Assembly: GCA_964016885.1 (NCBI GenBank)
Contig: OZ024746.1
Span: 24,614,001-24,678,000 of the forward strand
Source: Eledone cirrhosa
Taxonomy: Eukaryota
Direction of reading: 5' to 3'
Length of the DNA: 64,000 nucleotides
Shown: in pieces, positions 36,367-50,331 of the stretch
Position numbering within the stretch: position 1 is the first letter of the stretch
How the letters are laid out: each line of letters opens with the position of its first letter
Notes under the pieces: generated by a model
The model's input: the letters and a program-made list of their open reading frames with translations, nothing else
What the model was told of the DNA's origin: nothing
The model's database searches: none
Position numbers and translations under genes: made by a program

Positions 36367-36378
36367 AATTACGCACAG

Positions 36379-37181
36379 GTCCCCTTTATTTACGTGTCCC
36401 AACGACTTTTGTTAGCCGTTGCTCGCACCAACCGGAGGTATATGGTCTTTAAAGCGAAGTAATACCTGTGATGGTTGGAAGATCATTGATGAAGGACCAC
36501 TTTATTCATATGTAACCTATTTGCAACCACGCAGCACGTTTATTCTCATATTTACACATATTTTTTCCCCTGCTGTGACCCGTCTATTTCGTTGTTACTG
36601 CTTTCTCTTTCTCTGTATCTTTACCCTCTCTAACAGTCACTCTCTCTGTTAGCCTCTTCCTCACCCTTCACTCACTCACTCTCTGTTACTACCTCTACTC
36701 CTCCTCCTCCTTCCCGTTTGACCTGTGCGTAATTCTTTTCTTTCGCACGCTTGGTCTGGCAGGTTTGCTTTTTTTCTCTCTCTCGTCTACGATTTCACAG
36801 AACTTATGTTCACCGAATTCACAGACTAGACTCCTTCTTCCTCCCATTAGACCTGTACGGAATTCCTTCCTTGCTTACATTCCAACCAGGTTTGATGGTC
36901 TTTATTGTCTCTCGTTCACGATTTCACCTGAACTTATATTCCTGGAAATTTGGGACTTGACTCGTTCTTCCTCACTTTTCGTTGCTTCACCATCTTTGTT
37001 TGTTTACACTCTCGCTGTCCCCTTTATTTACGTGTCCCAACGACTTTTTTTAGCCGTTGCTCGCACCAACCGGAGGTATATGGTCTTTAAAGCGAAGAAA
37101 TACCTGTGATGGTTGGAAGATCACTGATGAAGAACCACTTTATTCATATGTAACCCATTTGCAACTACGCAGCACGTTTAT

Positions 37182-37187
<6 letters not shown>
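36379..37187 (+). repeat. About 170-bp direct repeat pair (36379-36548, 37017-37187) bracketing a pyrimidine-rich spacer, within (TA)n; related pieces at about 12125-12200, 31385-31455 (-) and 47330-47395 (-)
   Basis: gtcccctttatttacgtgtcccaacgac...gcagcacgtttattctcata occurs twice with few substitutions. Confidence 0.85.
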
Positions 37188-37234
<47 letters not shown>

Positions 37235-37315
37235 AAAAGAGTCAGGTCTACTACCCTAAGTATCGAGTACTCTGGTGCGTTATGGTCTACCTGGTTCCTT
37301 ACCACACTCTCTTCG

Positions 37316-37395
<80 letters not shown>

Positions 37396-37819
37396 AATGT
37401 CTGCGGTGCTGAGACCGAGATCACAAATCAGAGAACTCTATGCATGAGGAGAGGTAGAGTTGATAGAAAGGAGGGTAAAAACCCAACAGCAACGCTTAGT
37501 GGCTTCGCGTGCTATTCGGCAAGCATTTTCAAGTGTGTACTTGACTATACTGGGCAGTACGCCCTTAAAAGGCATGCTGAAACCACTAGGCGTCCTGGTC
37601 GGATCTTTACCCCCCACCCCTTATCTCTCCCTCATTCTCACTCTCTCTCTCCCTCCCTCCCTCCCTATATATATATACACACATTTCACATCACATCTAC
37701 GTCTCCATATGAGACATTTAGTCTCCATATGATGATTCTCTTTCTTACGTCGATCGCTTTTACTTATTTCTCTTTCTGTCTACTCCCTTCATCTCTCTCT
37801 CTCTCTCTCTCTCATCTTA

Positions 37820-37859
<40 letters not shown>

Positions 37860-38554
37860 AAAAGTTATGAAACGAAAGGAGCTGTGTAGTTACTAAAAAC
37901 AAGGTTTAGGATTGTGGTTAGAGCGGAACAGGAAGAGAAAGGAAGAAACGAGTTTCCATCGTCAGCTGTAAATGTTTCCCGAACCGATGTTTCGGCGCTG
38001 AATTACAGGACATCGGTGTATTTCGGGTGCGCATTAATCAAAAGGCCAGGTGGAAAAGGAGAAAGAGAGAAAAAAAGGGGAGAAAAAAGGAGAGAGAAAA
38101 GGAAAGAGAGGGAAAGGAGGAAGAACAGGGGGGAAAAGATGAGGAGAGAGGAAGAAGGGGGGAAGGGAAAAGGGGAAAAATAGGAAAGGAATAGGAGAAA
38201 AAAAGTGTACAGGTCCCATCGTGGGAAGACACAGGTGAAAGAAAGATGCAAAAAAGTAACCGGGGAAAAATAGGGAAAGTAAGGTGTGGCCAACCTGGAA
38301 GAGTTTAGCCTGGTGGTCAGCTACGACTCAGAGCTGGTATAATCGTGCTGCCTCTCACATAGACAGGAGAATGTGAGAGAGAGACACGGGCAACCGAAAG
38401 TGAGGAGGATAAGGGAAAGGGAGATAATCCAGACGGGTTTTTTTACGACGGTGGTAAAAACGTGCCGCAAAGATTGCGGACAGAGAGGCCACCACGGCAT
38501 ATATATACATGCTTACAAACACACATGCTTACAAGCACACACACACACATACAC

Positions 38555-38590
<36 letters not shown>

Positions 38591-38600
38591 GGGGGGAGAT

Positions 38601-38645
<45 letters not shown>

Positions 38646-39039
38646 AAGGCAGAGAAATCAAGATAGATAGCTATGACTATATGTGAACATGCATGCAACT
38701 ATTCCCGTTTACACGCCTATCTATATATGTGTGTGTGTATATATATATATATATACACACACCATATATATATATATATATATACTTGTTTTTTTTTGTT
38801 TTGTTTTTTTTTTGTATTTTAATCAGTTCGTTACGTTGCAGCACAGCGTGAAACAGGATAAGTTCACCTAGGTTGTGAACCTAAACATCTCCACAGTATA
38901 TTAACCAGAGATCATACAACTGTCCCGCATTTGTCGGTGACAATTCAATGTGTGAATGTGTGAATGGATGCGTGTGTGTGTGTGCATGTCATACATACAT
39001 AAATACATACATACACACACGCAAACATATATATATATA

Positions 39040-39101
<62 letters not shown>

Positions 39102-39175
39102 TATATATATTATATATATATATATACATATATATATATACATATATATATTATATATATATATATATATACATA

Positions 39176-39231
<56 letters not shown>

Positions 39232-39340
39232 GGTTTATATCTATATCTATATACATATATATAGATATAGATAGATAGATAGATAGATAGGTAGATAGAC
39301 ATATATATATATATATATATATGTACATCTATATATATAT

Positions 39341-39464
<124 letters not shown>

Positions 39465-39960
39465 TCTATATATATATAATGCATATCACTTCTATAACAT
39501 TTCTAGTTTCACTTTCACCTACAACTTCATCTTGTGTCGTTTTATTAGGATCAAAGCCACGCCCACCACATGTCGTTGTGTAGTCTGTTACGCGGATTGC
39601 ATCCGGATATAACGATCATCTCTTTCAACTTTCGATCGGCTGCTGTCTGCTGGAGCGAACAACGACGAACAACGCGTTGCAACTTTACTGTAGAATTGTG
39701 TGTGTTCTTGTGTCTGTTCAAGCTGCTTGTGTGTCTGCGTGTAAGTCTGTGTGTGTGTGGGGGGGGGGGGGGATGGGGGGGGGGGTTATAGAGATGTATG
39801 TATGCATGTATGCATTTATGCATCTATATATATATGATATGTATGTACACGTATATATATGTATGTACGCATATAGTATATATAAATGTGTGTATATTAT
39901 AGTTGTGGTGGTAATAATGGTAGCATTACTGTGGTAGATGGCGGCGGAGAGGCTATCAGC

Positions 39961-40113
39961 AGAAGAAGAAGAAGAAGAAGAAGAAGAAGAAGAAGAAGAA
40001 GAAGAAGAAGAAGAAGAAGAAGAAGAAGAAGAAGAAGAAGAAGAAGAAGAAGAAGAAGAAGAAGAAGAAGAAGAAGAAGAAGAAGAAGAAAAAGAAGAAG
40101 AAGAAGAAGAAGA
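39961..40113 (+). repeat. (GAA)n tract, about 50 units
   Basis: Direct reading. Confidence 0.95.
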
Positions 40114-40928
40114 AGGAGGAGGAGGAGGGGGGGATTAAGGGGTGAGAACGGGTGAGAAAGAGAGCGAGAGAGTGTAATGTGTTTATTGACAAGATGGCGA
40201 CGTTATGAGATCTAAGTGGGACGAGTGGAAGATAAGATGAGCAACATTTCTCTAGACTTTATCACGAGAAACACTGAGAAATGCTGAGGAGTAATAGAGA
40301 ATGTAGTGGTGGTGGTGGGGGGGGGGGGGGGGGATATTGAAATACCTATTGATGAATGTATGTGAGTGTAGTTATACATACATCCACAGGCATGTGAGGA
40401 TCTTATAGTAACTGCCTCAATACAAGTCTTGAGAAGCTAGGCTTCACAGGAACAGAAAGAACACAACTAGTTAGGAAATTACAAGTACAATGGAACAGTA
40501 AAAATATGTAAAACATTCCAAACATTTTGCATCTAATAACTGCATATACACATGTACAGATACAAATCATATACACATGCACACATACAACTCCAAACAT
40601 ACACATCCACACATACAATAACATCCATATCTACACATGCATGCATACATACATAATCTACCTAGTTGATGTTGTGTAAATTCCAATGAGAGAGTCTTGT
40701 GTCTATGTTAGAAACCGACTCTCTCTCTATTGGTAAAACTTTGTGAAATTATAAAATCAGAAGAATATACATACATACATACATACATACATACATACAT
40801 ACATACATACATACATACACGAATATATTAATGGATATATATATATTCACACTCTGCTCTGTAAGAATAGTGAGTGCTAATTTTGGCATACCGCCTATGG
40901 AAGCACCATAGCTACCATTATACACACG

Positions 40929-40959
<31 letters not shown>

Positions 40960-41008
40960 TGTATGTGTATGCGTGGTGTGTGTGTATGTGTGTGTGTGTG
41001 TATATATG

Positions 41009-41118
<110 letters not shown>

Positions 41119-41244
41119 GCAGAGAGGGATTAGACGAAAAAAATATATTTGGCGCCAAATATATTTGATGTACCTAATAAATTATATATATAAATGCACA
41201 TTTACGGTAAGAAGGAAAAGAAATTAGTTCATACAAAACGATAC

Positions 41245-41322
<78 letters not shown>

Positions 41323-41421
41323 ATGTGTCTATATATATATATATATATAAATATATATACATGTATATATATATATATATATGTGTGTGTGTATATATGT
41401 ATGTGTGTGTGTATATGTATG

Positions 41422-41467
<46 letters not shown>

Positions 41468-41470
41468 TAA

Positions 41471-41516
<46 letters not shown>

Positions 41517-41739
41517 TCTTTGTTATAAATTCCATTGTAATATTTGTAGGTCATTGAAAAAGTAATAGTCTGTACATACACACACATAGATAGTTTTGAA
41601 TAAATCTACATATGCAAATATAAATATATATACATTTATACCAATATATATATATATATATATATAATATATATATATAATATATATATATATATAATAT
41701 ATATATATAATAAATATATAAATATTTATGTATAACAAC

Positions 41740-42008
41740 AATACGGCACAATTATTTCACCTCAATTGGCCCTGCTCTCTTTAACATTACACCAAAACAC
41801 ATTAAAACAGAAACAGACCCCATCAAGTTCAAGAAGTCTTTGGACAAATTCCTTCAAGAAATCCCGGATAAACCTCCTACACCCGGATATGCCTCCGTCA
41901 ACAACAATTCTCTACTTGGTGTCCAAATCCTGATTTAAAGAATTAGCCAGGTGGTGCTATTAGGTTAGACATGTCCTGGGCCAATACTGGCCGAAACCTA
42001 TCAAAGTT
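41740..42008 (+). mobile_element. CR1/L2-group LINE 3' fragment (3' UTR also at about 46935-47005)
   Basis: Reads GPALFNITPKHIKTETDPIKFKKSLDKFLQEIPDKPPTPGY, typical of the CR1-group C-terminus (FN.LP...FK..LD.FL). Confidence 0.65.
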
Positions 42009-42027
42009 ATATATATATATACATATG

Positions 42028-42071
<44 letters not shown>

Positions 42072-42083
42072 TATATATATATT

Positions 42084-42114
<31 letters not shown>

Positions 42115-42122
42115 TAAATATG

Positions 42123-42172
<50 letters not shown>

Positions 42173-42173
42173 G

Positions 42174-42220
<47 letters not shown>

Positions 42221-42332
42221 AACCAGTAAGACCCCGACAGCTGAGCTCAAGCCGTTTCGACGGCTAATTCTGGACAGTATTGAGTACTTTGGTGCGTTAT
42301 GGTCCATCTGGTTCCTTACCACATTTCCTTCG

Positions 42333-42397
<65 letters not shown>

Positions 42398-43269
42398 TAT
42401 ATGTGTGTGGTGGGTAGGGGGTGGGTGGGGGTTATTAAAAGATACCTTGGATCAAAGTTAATGGCTACAATGTACGTTTTTTTGTAGTTTGTTATTTACT
42501 ATGAAAAGTAGTCTAAGTAGGGCATATAAGCTCCTGGAGGCGGAAAAATGTGGATACCCGTGGAATCGAACTCACAACTACCATATACCATGTGGGTATG
42601 TTTTATCGATCACTACAATTATCTAAATGTAAATAAACAAACTCTTTTTAGAAGCGTTGATAAGCTACGAGTTTTTTTTTAATTAAGGTGGTGATGGTGG
42701 GGTGGGGGGAATGTGTGTGTGTGGGGGGGGGGGTGCAAACTACAGCAATGGCGGCAACCATGATTATAACAATTGCGTGGTTGGAGTTCACCATTGTTCT
42801 ATTTTTTGTATGTATGTATGTATGTATGTATGTATGTATGTATGTATGTATGTATGTATATATATGTGTTTGTATGTATGTATGTATATATATATATGTA
42901 TGTATGTATATATGTATGTACGTATATATATAATACATACATCCACAGGAACACACGCCAACACACACACTCTAAATTTTGTAATGAATGTTGACCCACA
43001 ATGTTTGAATATGTATCAATGTTTGAATATGCGTTGGTATGTCTCTCGGCTGAAAAGGAGGTCATATAACTGTCCATGCATTAATAAATTGCTCCGAAGA
43101 ATCCAAACCTCGGTTTGGAGGAAACAGCTGTAAGCACAATAATGTTTTGAACAGTTCTTTGATTCTTATATTTCATATATATATATATATATATTGTACT
43201 TTGGGCGGGTCATTTTACTGACTGGGAATTATTATTCGATTCATTATTATTAATTAATTTAATCAACTG

Positions 43270-44025
43270 GGCAGTGGATTGGCAGTATCGGTAGGGCGTC
43301 GGATAACATGCTTTGCAGCATAGAGTTACGGCCCTTTATGATCTAAGTTCAAATCCCACCGCGGTTAACTTTGTCTATCATCCTTACGGGGTCGATAAAA
43401 TAAAGTACCAGTGACGCACTTGGGTCGATTTAATGGACTTTCGGACGCCATGCTTTCCAGCATAGTTATGTCCCTTTACGATCTTAGTTCAAATCCCGCC
43501 GAGGTAGACTTTGCCTTTCATCCTTACGGGGTCGATAAAATAAAGTACCAGTAATGCACTGGGTAATTGCTGGCCTTGTGCCTAAAGTAGAAACAATTGT
43601 TTAATCTAATCAATACAGCATAACTTATATAAAGTGTAATGAGATACGACTTTATGATTTATTTGGGGAAACTGGTGCAATGCATGTTGGAAAATACAGG
43701 AATGAAAACTGGACTTAAGTAAATATAAAACAACAGTTTACACTGTTACCTCATATTTCATGATATTTCGAGTTTAGGAATCCTTTTTCTAAAGAAAGGA
43801 AATAGAGTGTGATGTTGTCGACAATCATATCTCCAAATCTAATCATTATTTAATTAACTAATTAATTAACAATAAAGAAATAAACTACAACCAAAGCGTG
43901 TATGCGCGTGCGTGTGGGTGTTTTATTGGCAGCGTGACCTTTCCAAAGTACAATATAGGCTTCAACACAAGAATTTTGCAAAGCAAAAATATATACACGC
44001 GCGCGCACACAGATATATGTGTATC

Positions 44026-44070
<45 letters not shown>

Positions 44071-44797
44071 TTGTATGTAAGTATATATGTATGTAATTTC
44101 AATGTTATATATTTATCCCACGCGGAAAACCGAACATATAACATCTCAATTGTCCTCAAGGAATATCCAAGATGTTTCCTTCCATTTTTAACTGATCATT
44201 ATTATCATTATTATCAACATTTGTGAGCAGCATTGGTAGAGCGTTGGATAACATGCTTAGTGAGATAAAGTTACATCCCTTTACGGACTGAGTTCAAATC
44301 CTGCCAAGGTTAGCTTTGCCTTTCATCCTTACCAGGTCGATAAAATAAAGTACCAGTAATGTAATGGGGTCGATTTAATCGACTTTTCCCCTCCCCTAAA
44401 ATTGTTGGCATTGTGCCCCTAAATCAGAAGCCATTATTATCTTGGCAGTAGTTACGGCCCTTTACGGTCTGAGTTCAAATCCCGCCGAGGTAGACTTTGC
44501 CTTTCATCCTTACGGGGTCGATAAAATAAAGTACCAGTAATATACTGGTTTAATTGCTGGCCGTGTGCCAAAAGTAGAAACAATTATTATCTTGGCAGTA
44601 AGGGCGGTGGATTGGCAGTATCGGGAGAGGTTCGGACGCCATGCTTTGACGCATAGAGTTACGGCCCTTGTCATTCTGAGTTCAAATCCTCCCGAGGTTA
44701 ACTTTGCCTTTCATCCTTACGGGGTCGATAAAATAAAGTACCAGTAATGCACTGGGTAATTGCTGGCCTTGTGCCAAAAAGTAGAAACAATTATTAT
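43270..44797 (+). mobile_element. Head-to-tail clusters of the dominant SINE (two units at 43270-43600, three at 44226-44797)
   Basis: Repeated gagttcaaatcc...catccttacggggtcgataaaataaagtaccag blocks. Confidence 0.85.
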
Positions 44798-45044
44798 TAA
44801 TATTTGTGTGTCCGCCTCGTCAAAATTAATGGTGATTCGTGTCTAAATGAAATATGCCTGCTTTATACCGAAATAAATCTATTTTGGAAAATATAAGGAA
44901 ATTTATTTTATTCGTATACTTCTAGTAAAGATACATTTGGTGTCAATAAATTACATGTGAGCCACAATAACAATGTTTCTGAATATAATTTTAATAAAAG
45001 GTTACACAGAAAATAAATACAGATAGATATCGATACACTATGTG

Positions 45045-45162
<118 letters not shown>

Positions 45163-45208
45163 TGTAATGAAGATTTAACACTCGTCCTTCCTATTGTGTG
45201 TGGGGGGG

Positions 45209-45244
<36 letters not shown>

Positions 45245-45529
45245 ATAGAACAATAAAAACAGAAGTCAGGTGTAAGTAGATAGTTAGTTCATTGTTTTAC
45301 GATCGTTTCAGAGGATCGATTGATCGATGAAGATCGGTATATCGACTAGCATGGTAGTGGTTAAGTCACTACCTATTTCTAGTCTCGAAAGCCCTGTTCA
45401 ATCGGCCGTCCTTCAACACCTGACTTCTATTTTTATTGTTCTATGCACAAACACATATATGTAAATGACTTTGTAACCCGGGTCGGATTTACTTGGAGGA
45501 TATCTTAGGCAGTGATCCCCTACCACAAA

Positions 45530-45975
45530 AACTACCGGTCACATTGCCGAATCTCGCTGTAGGGGACGGCAAAAGGCCAGATGGTATGACCATCTTCCCG
45601 TTCCGCGGTGGCAAACCTCTTGTCTGGGATGCCACTTGCACCGACACTTTCTCCAGTCGCAACTTGGTGCAGTCTGCGACTAACCCAAGTTCTGCTGCAC
45701 CTCGGGCTGAGGAGGCCAAACCCTCCAAATACCGGTCGCTCTCCGACAGGTTTGCGGTCTTACCTTTGGCAGAGGAGACTTCTGGTGTCCTCGGCCCTAG
45801 GGCTACCTCCCTATTCACCACCATAGGCGCTGAGCTGGCCAGCCACAGGTGTGAGCCACGCGAGTTAGAATGGCTCTTCCAGCGTGTCTCCCTTGCCGTC
45901 CTCCGGGGAAAAACCTTTCTCCATTCTGTCCGCCGGGGCTGTAGGGAGGCCATCAATATGATTGACTGACTTGTC
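45530..45975 (+). mobile_element. CRE-like non-LTR retrotransposon 3' fragment (restriction-like endonuclease)
   Basis: [27 protein letters not shown]...K..KY...ETSGVLG is the PD-D type RLE signature. Confidence 0.8.
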
Positions 45976-46435
45976 ATTTTATCATGTACCTTTTATATAT
46001 CTGTCCAAAACTATATGATGAAAGCAGGTAGCCAGCTACATCAGACCAACATCTCATGTCGTGGAGAAGAAAGACTTGCATGCATCATCCTTCCAAGGAC
46101 ACATTGAGTTCTAATAATGTTATCTGCCCTACCACAATCAGGTACAGTAGCGGACTGGGTCTAAAAATATTGGTTGCCAGGAGATGAAGGGGGCCCACAT
46201 ACATATAGAATGCTATCATTTAATTTTTATAATGAATAAATAACATTTTCGAAAAATACATAAGTGGAAACAAAACAGTGCAATTAAATTTTTTCAGAAA
46301 AATATCTTACCTTCTCCAATAAATATATTATGTATTTTGCGAAATCCAGAGACTTTCAATAATGACCAGAAGTCGACCCTAAATACTACTAATAGCTCTA
46401 AGAAAGCCATGAACGACACATCTTGTTAACTTTAA

Positions 46436-46750
46436 TTTTGAAAATAGGTTTATAATTATCAATTTTTGTTACTCTTTTGTAGCTGTCTCGGTGGCCTAGC
46501 TGGAGGAATCATAGGCAGTGGTGATCCTGGTCTGAAGTTCAATCCTGGTCGGGAGTAGTTTTCCCAGTAAACATTTTCAGTTTTTTTCTATGGGGTTGTA
46601 AAATAAAAACTGAAAAAGTTTACATGTAACTCTTGACCAGGATTGAACCCAAGATCAGGATCCCCACCGTTTCTAGTATCTACCACTAGGCCACAGAGAC
46701 AACTACAAAAATGTTATGAAAATTCATACTTATAAACCTACTTTCAAAAT
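46436..46750. mobile_element. Imperfect foldback of about 315 bp whose arms each contain a tRNA-like Pol III promoter
   Basis: Left arm GGTGGCCTAGCTGG...GTTCAATCC; reverse complement of the right arm TGTGGCCTAGTGG...GGTTCAATCC; outer arms ttttgaaaataggtttataa / ttataaacctactttcaaaa. Confidence 0.7.
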
Positions 46751-46789
46751 TTTCAAAACAAAGTGTTGTGGCCAGTAGTTCGTGTGTAA

Positions 46790-46864
<75 letters not shown>

Positions 46865-49086
46865 CTGAGTAGCTTTTTAAACCGTAGAGCCGCTTTTTAA
46901 CTGTTTTTTAAGTGATTTATTTGTAGGAAATCATCAGGTGGTGCTATTAAGTTAGACATGGCCTGGGCCAATACTGGCTGAAACTTATAAGAGTTAATCA
47001 AAGTAAAAAAAAAAAGTAAATTTAGGTGTGAAGGTGAAAGAGGAGACGAACTGTTAACTAGTTAAACGAGGTGTTAGGTTAAACAAAGACAAGAGGTGAA
47101 AAATAAACAAGTGTTGGTTAAAACATATATAATTATAATGCAGAATATATGTACAATTATGCCGAATGTCTGCGTTTGTGTGTATCTATATATGTACATG
47201 TGTATGTCTGTATGAATGTATGTGTGTATGTATGTATGTATGTATTTATGTATATATAGGAATGAAAAATGGCGTGGTGCGTTGTTGCAAATGTGATATA
47301 CAAATTAAAATGAAGAATTAGAAATAGAAGCCAGGACTATCCATCATCAGTGGTCTACTAGCCATCATAGGTATTTCTTCGCATTAAAGACCAGATAACT
47401 CAGGTTAGCGTGAATAATAACTAAAATAAGTTAATATATATATATGCATGTAAATCTATATGCATGTATGAATGTATGCATACATGTATGTATGTATACA
47501 TATATATGTATGTATGTATATGTGTATGTATGCATATATGAATGTATGCATGTATGCATATATGTATGCATGTGTATATGTATATATGCAAGCATGCATG
47601 TAAGCATGTATGTATATATAAATGTACGTGCATCAAGTTTTAGAGAAGCTATATGTTTATATGCATATGTGTGTATGCATAGAAGAGTGAGTAAGCCTAC
47701 TTGACAGCTATAATAAATATTTATAATTTAACACAGTCAATGTAATGAGTAGATAGTACATATATATTTTTATATATTATGTTATATATTTTTTATATAT
47801 ATTATGTTTTATAGATTATATTATATTGACAGAGATGGTATAGATCCAATATTGTCGTATAATGTCAAGAGCCATTATAGTTATTTATATATTTAATTAC
47901 AACTACTTAACATTTTGTCATCATCACTAATTACTTTGTTTGACCAAAAGTACAAATATTTTAAACTAGGTTATTGCTAGTGTAGTAAGTAAGTAGCGCA
48001 ATATTCATTCATACCAAAGACTCATGGTTTGGAGGCTAGAGCTTATGGACATCAACTCGATTCTCTGACTGGGTGGCCTGTTATGTTTTTAAGCAAGACA
48101 TTTTATTTCATGTTATTCCAGTCTACTGAGCTGGCCAATATAAGTTGCACATATATATGTAAAGCGACGAATTGCAGAGTCGTTAGAACGTCGGATAGAA
48201 AGCTTTGCAGTATTCTTTTCGACTCTCTGCTCTCTGAGTTTAAATCCCGTCCACGTCAACTCTGCCGTTCATCCATTCCAGGTCGATAAAAATAGTACCA
48301 ATCTAGTACTGAGATCGATTCTTCCTCTATATCTCTTTTTTACTTCCTTTTTTTCACTCTCTACCCTTCTGTGGAAAAAATCTGCTGTGTTCAGACCCGG
48401 AGAGGGGATCGGCTCCGGCATGTTTAAAAATGTCTCAAGAAACACCCTATGTCAATATGGCGCCCCTACGACTGCTTCGAAAGTTACTGGTTCATACCAT
48501 ACCATGTATATTCAAAGGACCACCCTTATTACATACTTTGTTACAGTTAATCTCTTTGAAGGTTCACTGGTCTGTGGAATGCTCGGACATTTGTACGCTG
48601 ATTTCATGAGCTTTATTTGAACACCTGTAACACTCGTTGTGGGAACCGACGGAGCTCCGTTTTCTACTCATTCATCCATTACTAAATATGCTTAAAGCTG
48701 GAGAAACCTAATTGGAATCAGTTGTCAAGAAGAGAGAATACAGCGGCTTGCAGAAAGAGAAAGACAGCAGAAAAGCCTTTTTGTTGGTTATGGAACAGGG
48801 GTGCGGAGGTAAGTTGGAAGCCAAGAAGTGGAGATGGGCAGTGATTTAGTTAACTAGAGAGTATTATAGTTCAGGATCAAAGCACCCACCGAACTTTGGA
48901 CAGCGTCGTATGACAGCATCTCCTCCAGGTCAAGGTTAAATGGATGTGGGACATCTTCTTTATAATGTATTTATCCATTATGAAAGCTCAGCAGCGGATT
49001 CCTTTTTACACACAAATTCCTTTTTATTAAAGCTACTCATGGGATCACATATATCATAGATAGAAAGTGTTCTTGTGCGTGGGTAT

Positions 49087-49151
<65 letters not shown>

Positions 49152-49153
<2 letters not shown>

Positions 49154-49583
49154 TTTCTGAATTTGTTTAGCAAGATTCTTTATCTGAAATCGTGTGTTGA
49201 AACCGATATTGTTATACTTTGGGAGGGTCATGTTGCCAATAAGAAACACACGCACCAGTTGCTTTCACTTCAATTTAATTTATTATATATTTATAAATTT
49301 ACAAATTTATAAATTTCTGGTTGGTTGGTTGGTTCCACAACCAGATAGTTGTTTATATATATATAGTCATAGTTCTTTCGTCACACACTCTGTGACCTCT
49401 TCAGTGACTGGGGATTTCTTTCTTCGTTTCTGTGCCTTTCCTTTCTTCTATCCTACGCCATTTTGTTTGTCAAACAAACAAAATTTATAAATTTGTAAAT
49501 TTATAAATATATAATAAATTAAATTGAAGTGAAAGCAACTGGTGCGTGTGTTTCTTATTGGCAACATGACCCTCCCAAAGTAT

Positions 49584-49591
<8 letters not shown>
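49152..49591 (-). mobile_element. Foldback element family B (about 111-bp arms) with a hammerhead in the spacer
   Basis: Arms 49206-49316 / 49480-49591; unique tail on the left; in (TA)n. Confidence 0.8.
49365..49409 (-). ncRNA. Minimal type I hammerhead ribozyme motif
   Basis: AGUCA-CUGAAGA-g-GUCACA-gagug-UGUGAC-GAAA-GAAC-UA-UGACU: perfect stems I and II, intact core, minimal stem III. Confidence 0.82.
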
Positions 49592-49651
<60 letters not shown>

Positions 49652-49692
49652 TTACAAGCACACACAAAAACACAGAGACACAGAGACACAGA

Positions 49693-49730
<38 letters not shown>

Positions 49731-50257
49731 CTTTTTATTGGATTTTCTACAAACTCAAATAATTCTTCCCTTTATTTCGAATCAAAGATCGCGGTCAAGT
49801 TGATATGTATGATAGCCAGTGACTAAGAAGTTAAGGGCTCGCGTGCCGTTACTGGCGCCACATAGTCGCCAAAGCCAGAAATACTTAACTCACTCTAAAA
49901 TCTATAGTATTTTAAGTGTATTTACATGTATTGAGATGAATTAACTCAGCTCTGGGAGAAGTAAGAGTGTGTTTGTATTTATATGTTCGTTTTTGTGTTT
50001 GTCTCTGTGCGTGTATGAGAATGTATATGTGTGCTTTGTGTGTGTGCGTGTGTGTCTATATGTGTTTGTGTGTCTTTGTTTGTGCGTATATATGTGTGTG
50101 TAGGTCTGTATGTTTATGCTTGTGTTTTTGTTTATGTGTCTGTATGTGTTTGTTTGTTTGTGTGTATTTGTACGTATATGTGTGTGTGTGTATGTTTATA
50201 CATCTGTATGTGTGTGTGTAAATGTATGTATATATATATATATATATATATGTGCGT

Positions 50258-50331
<74 letters not shown>

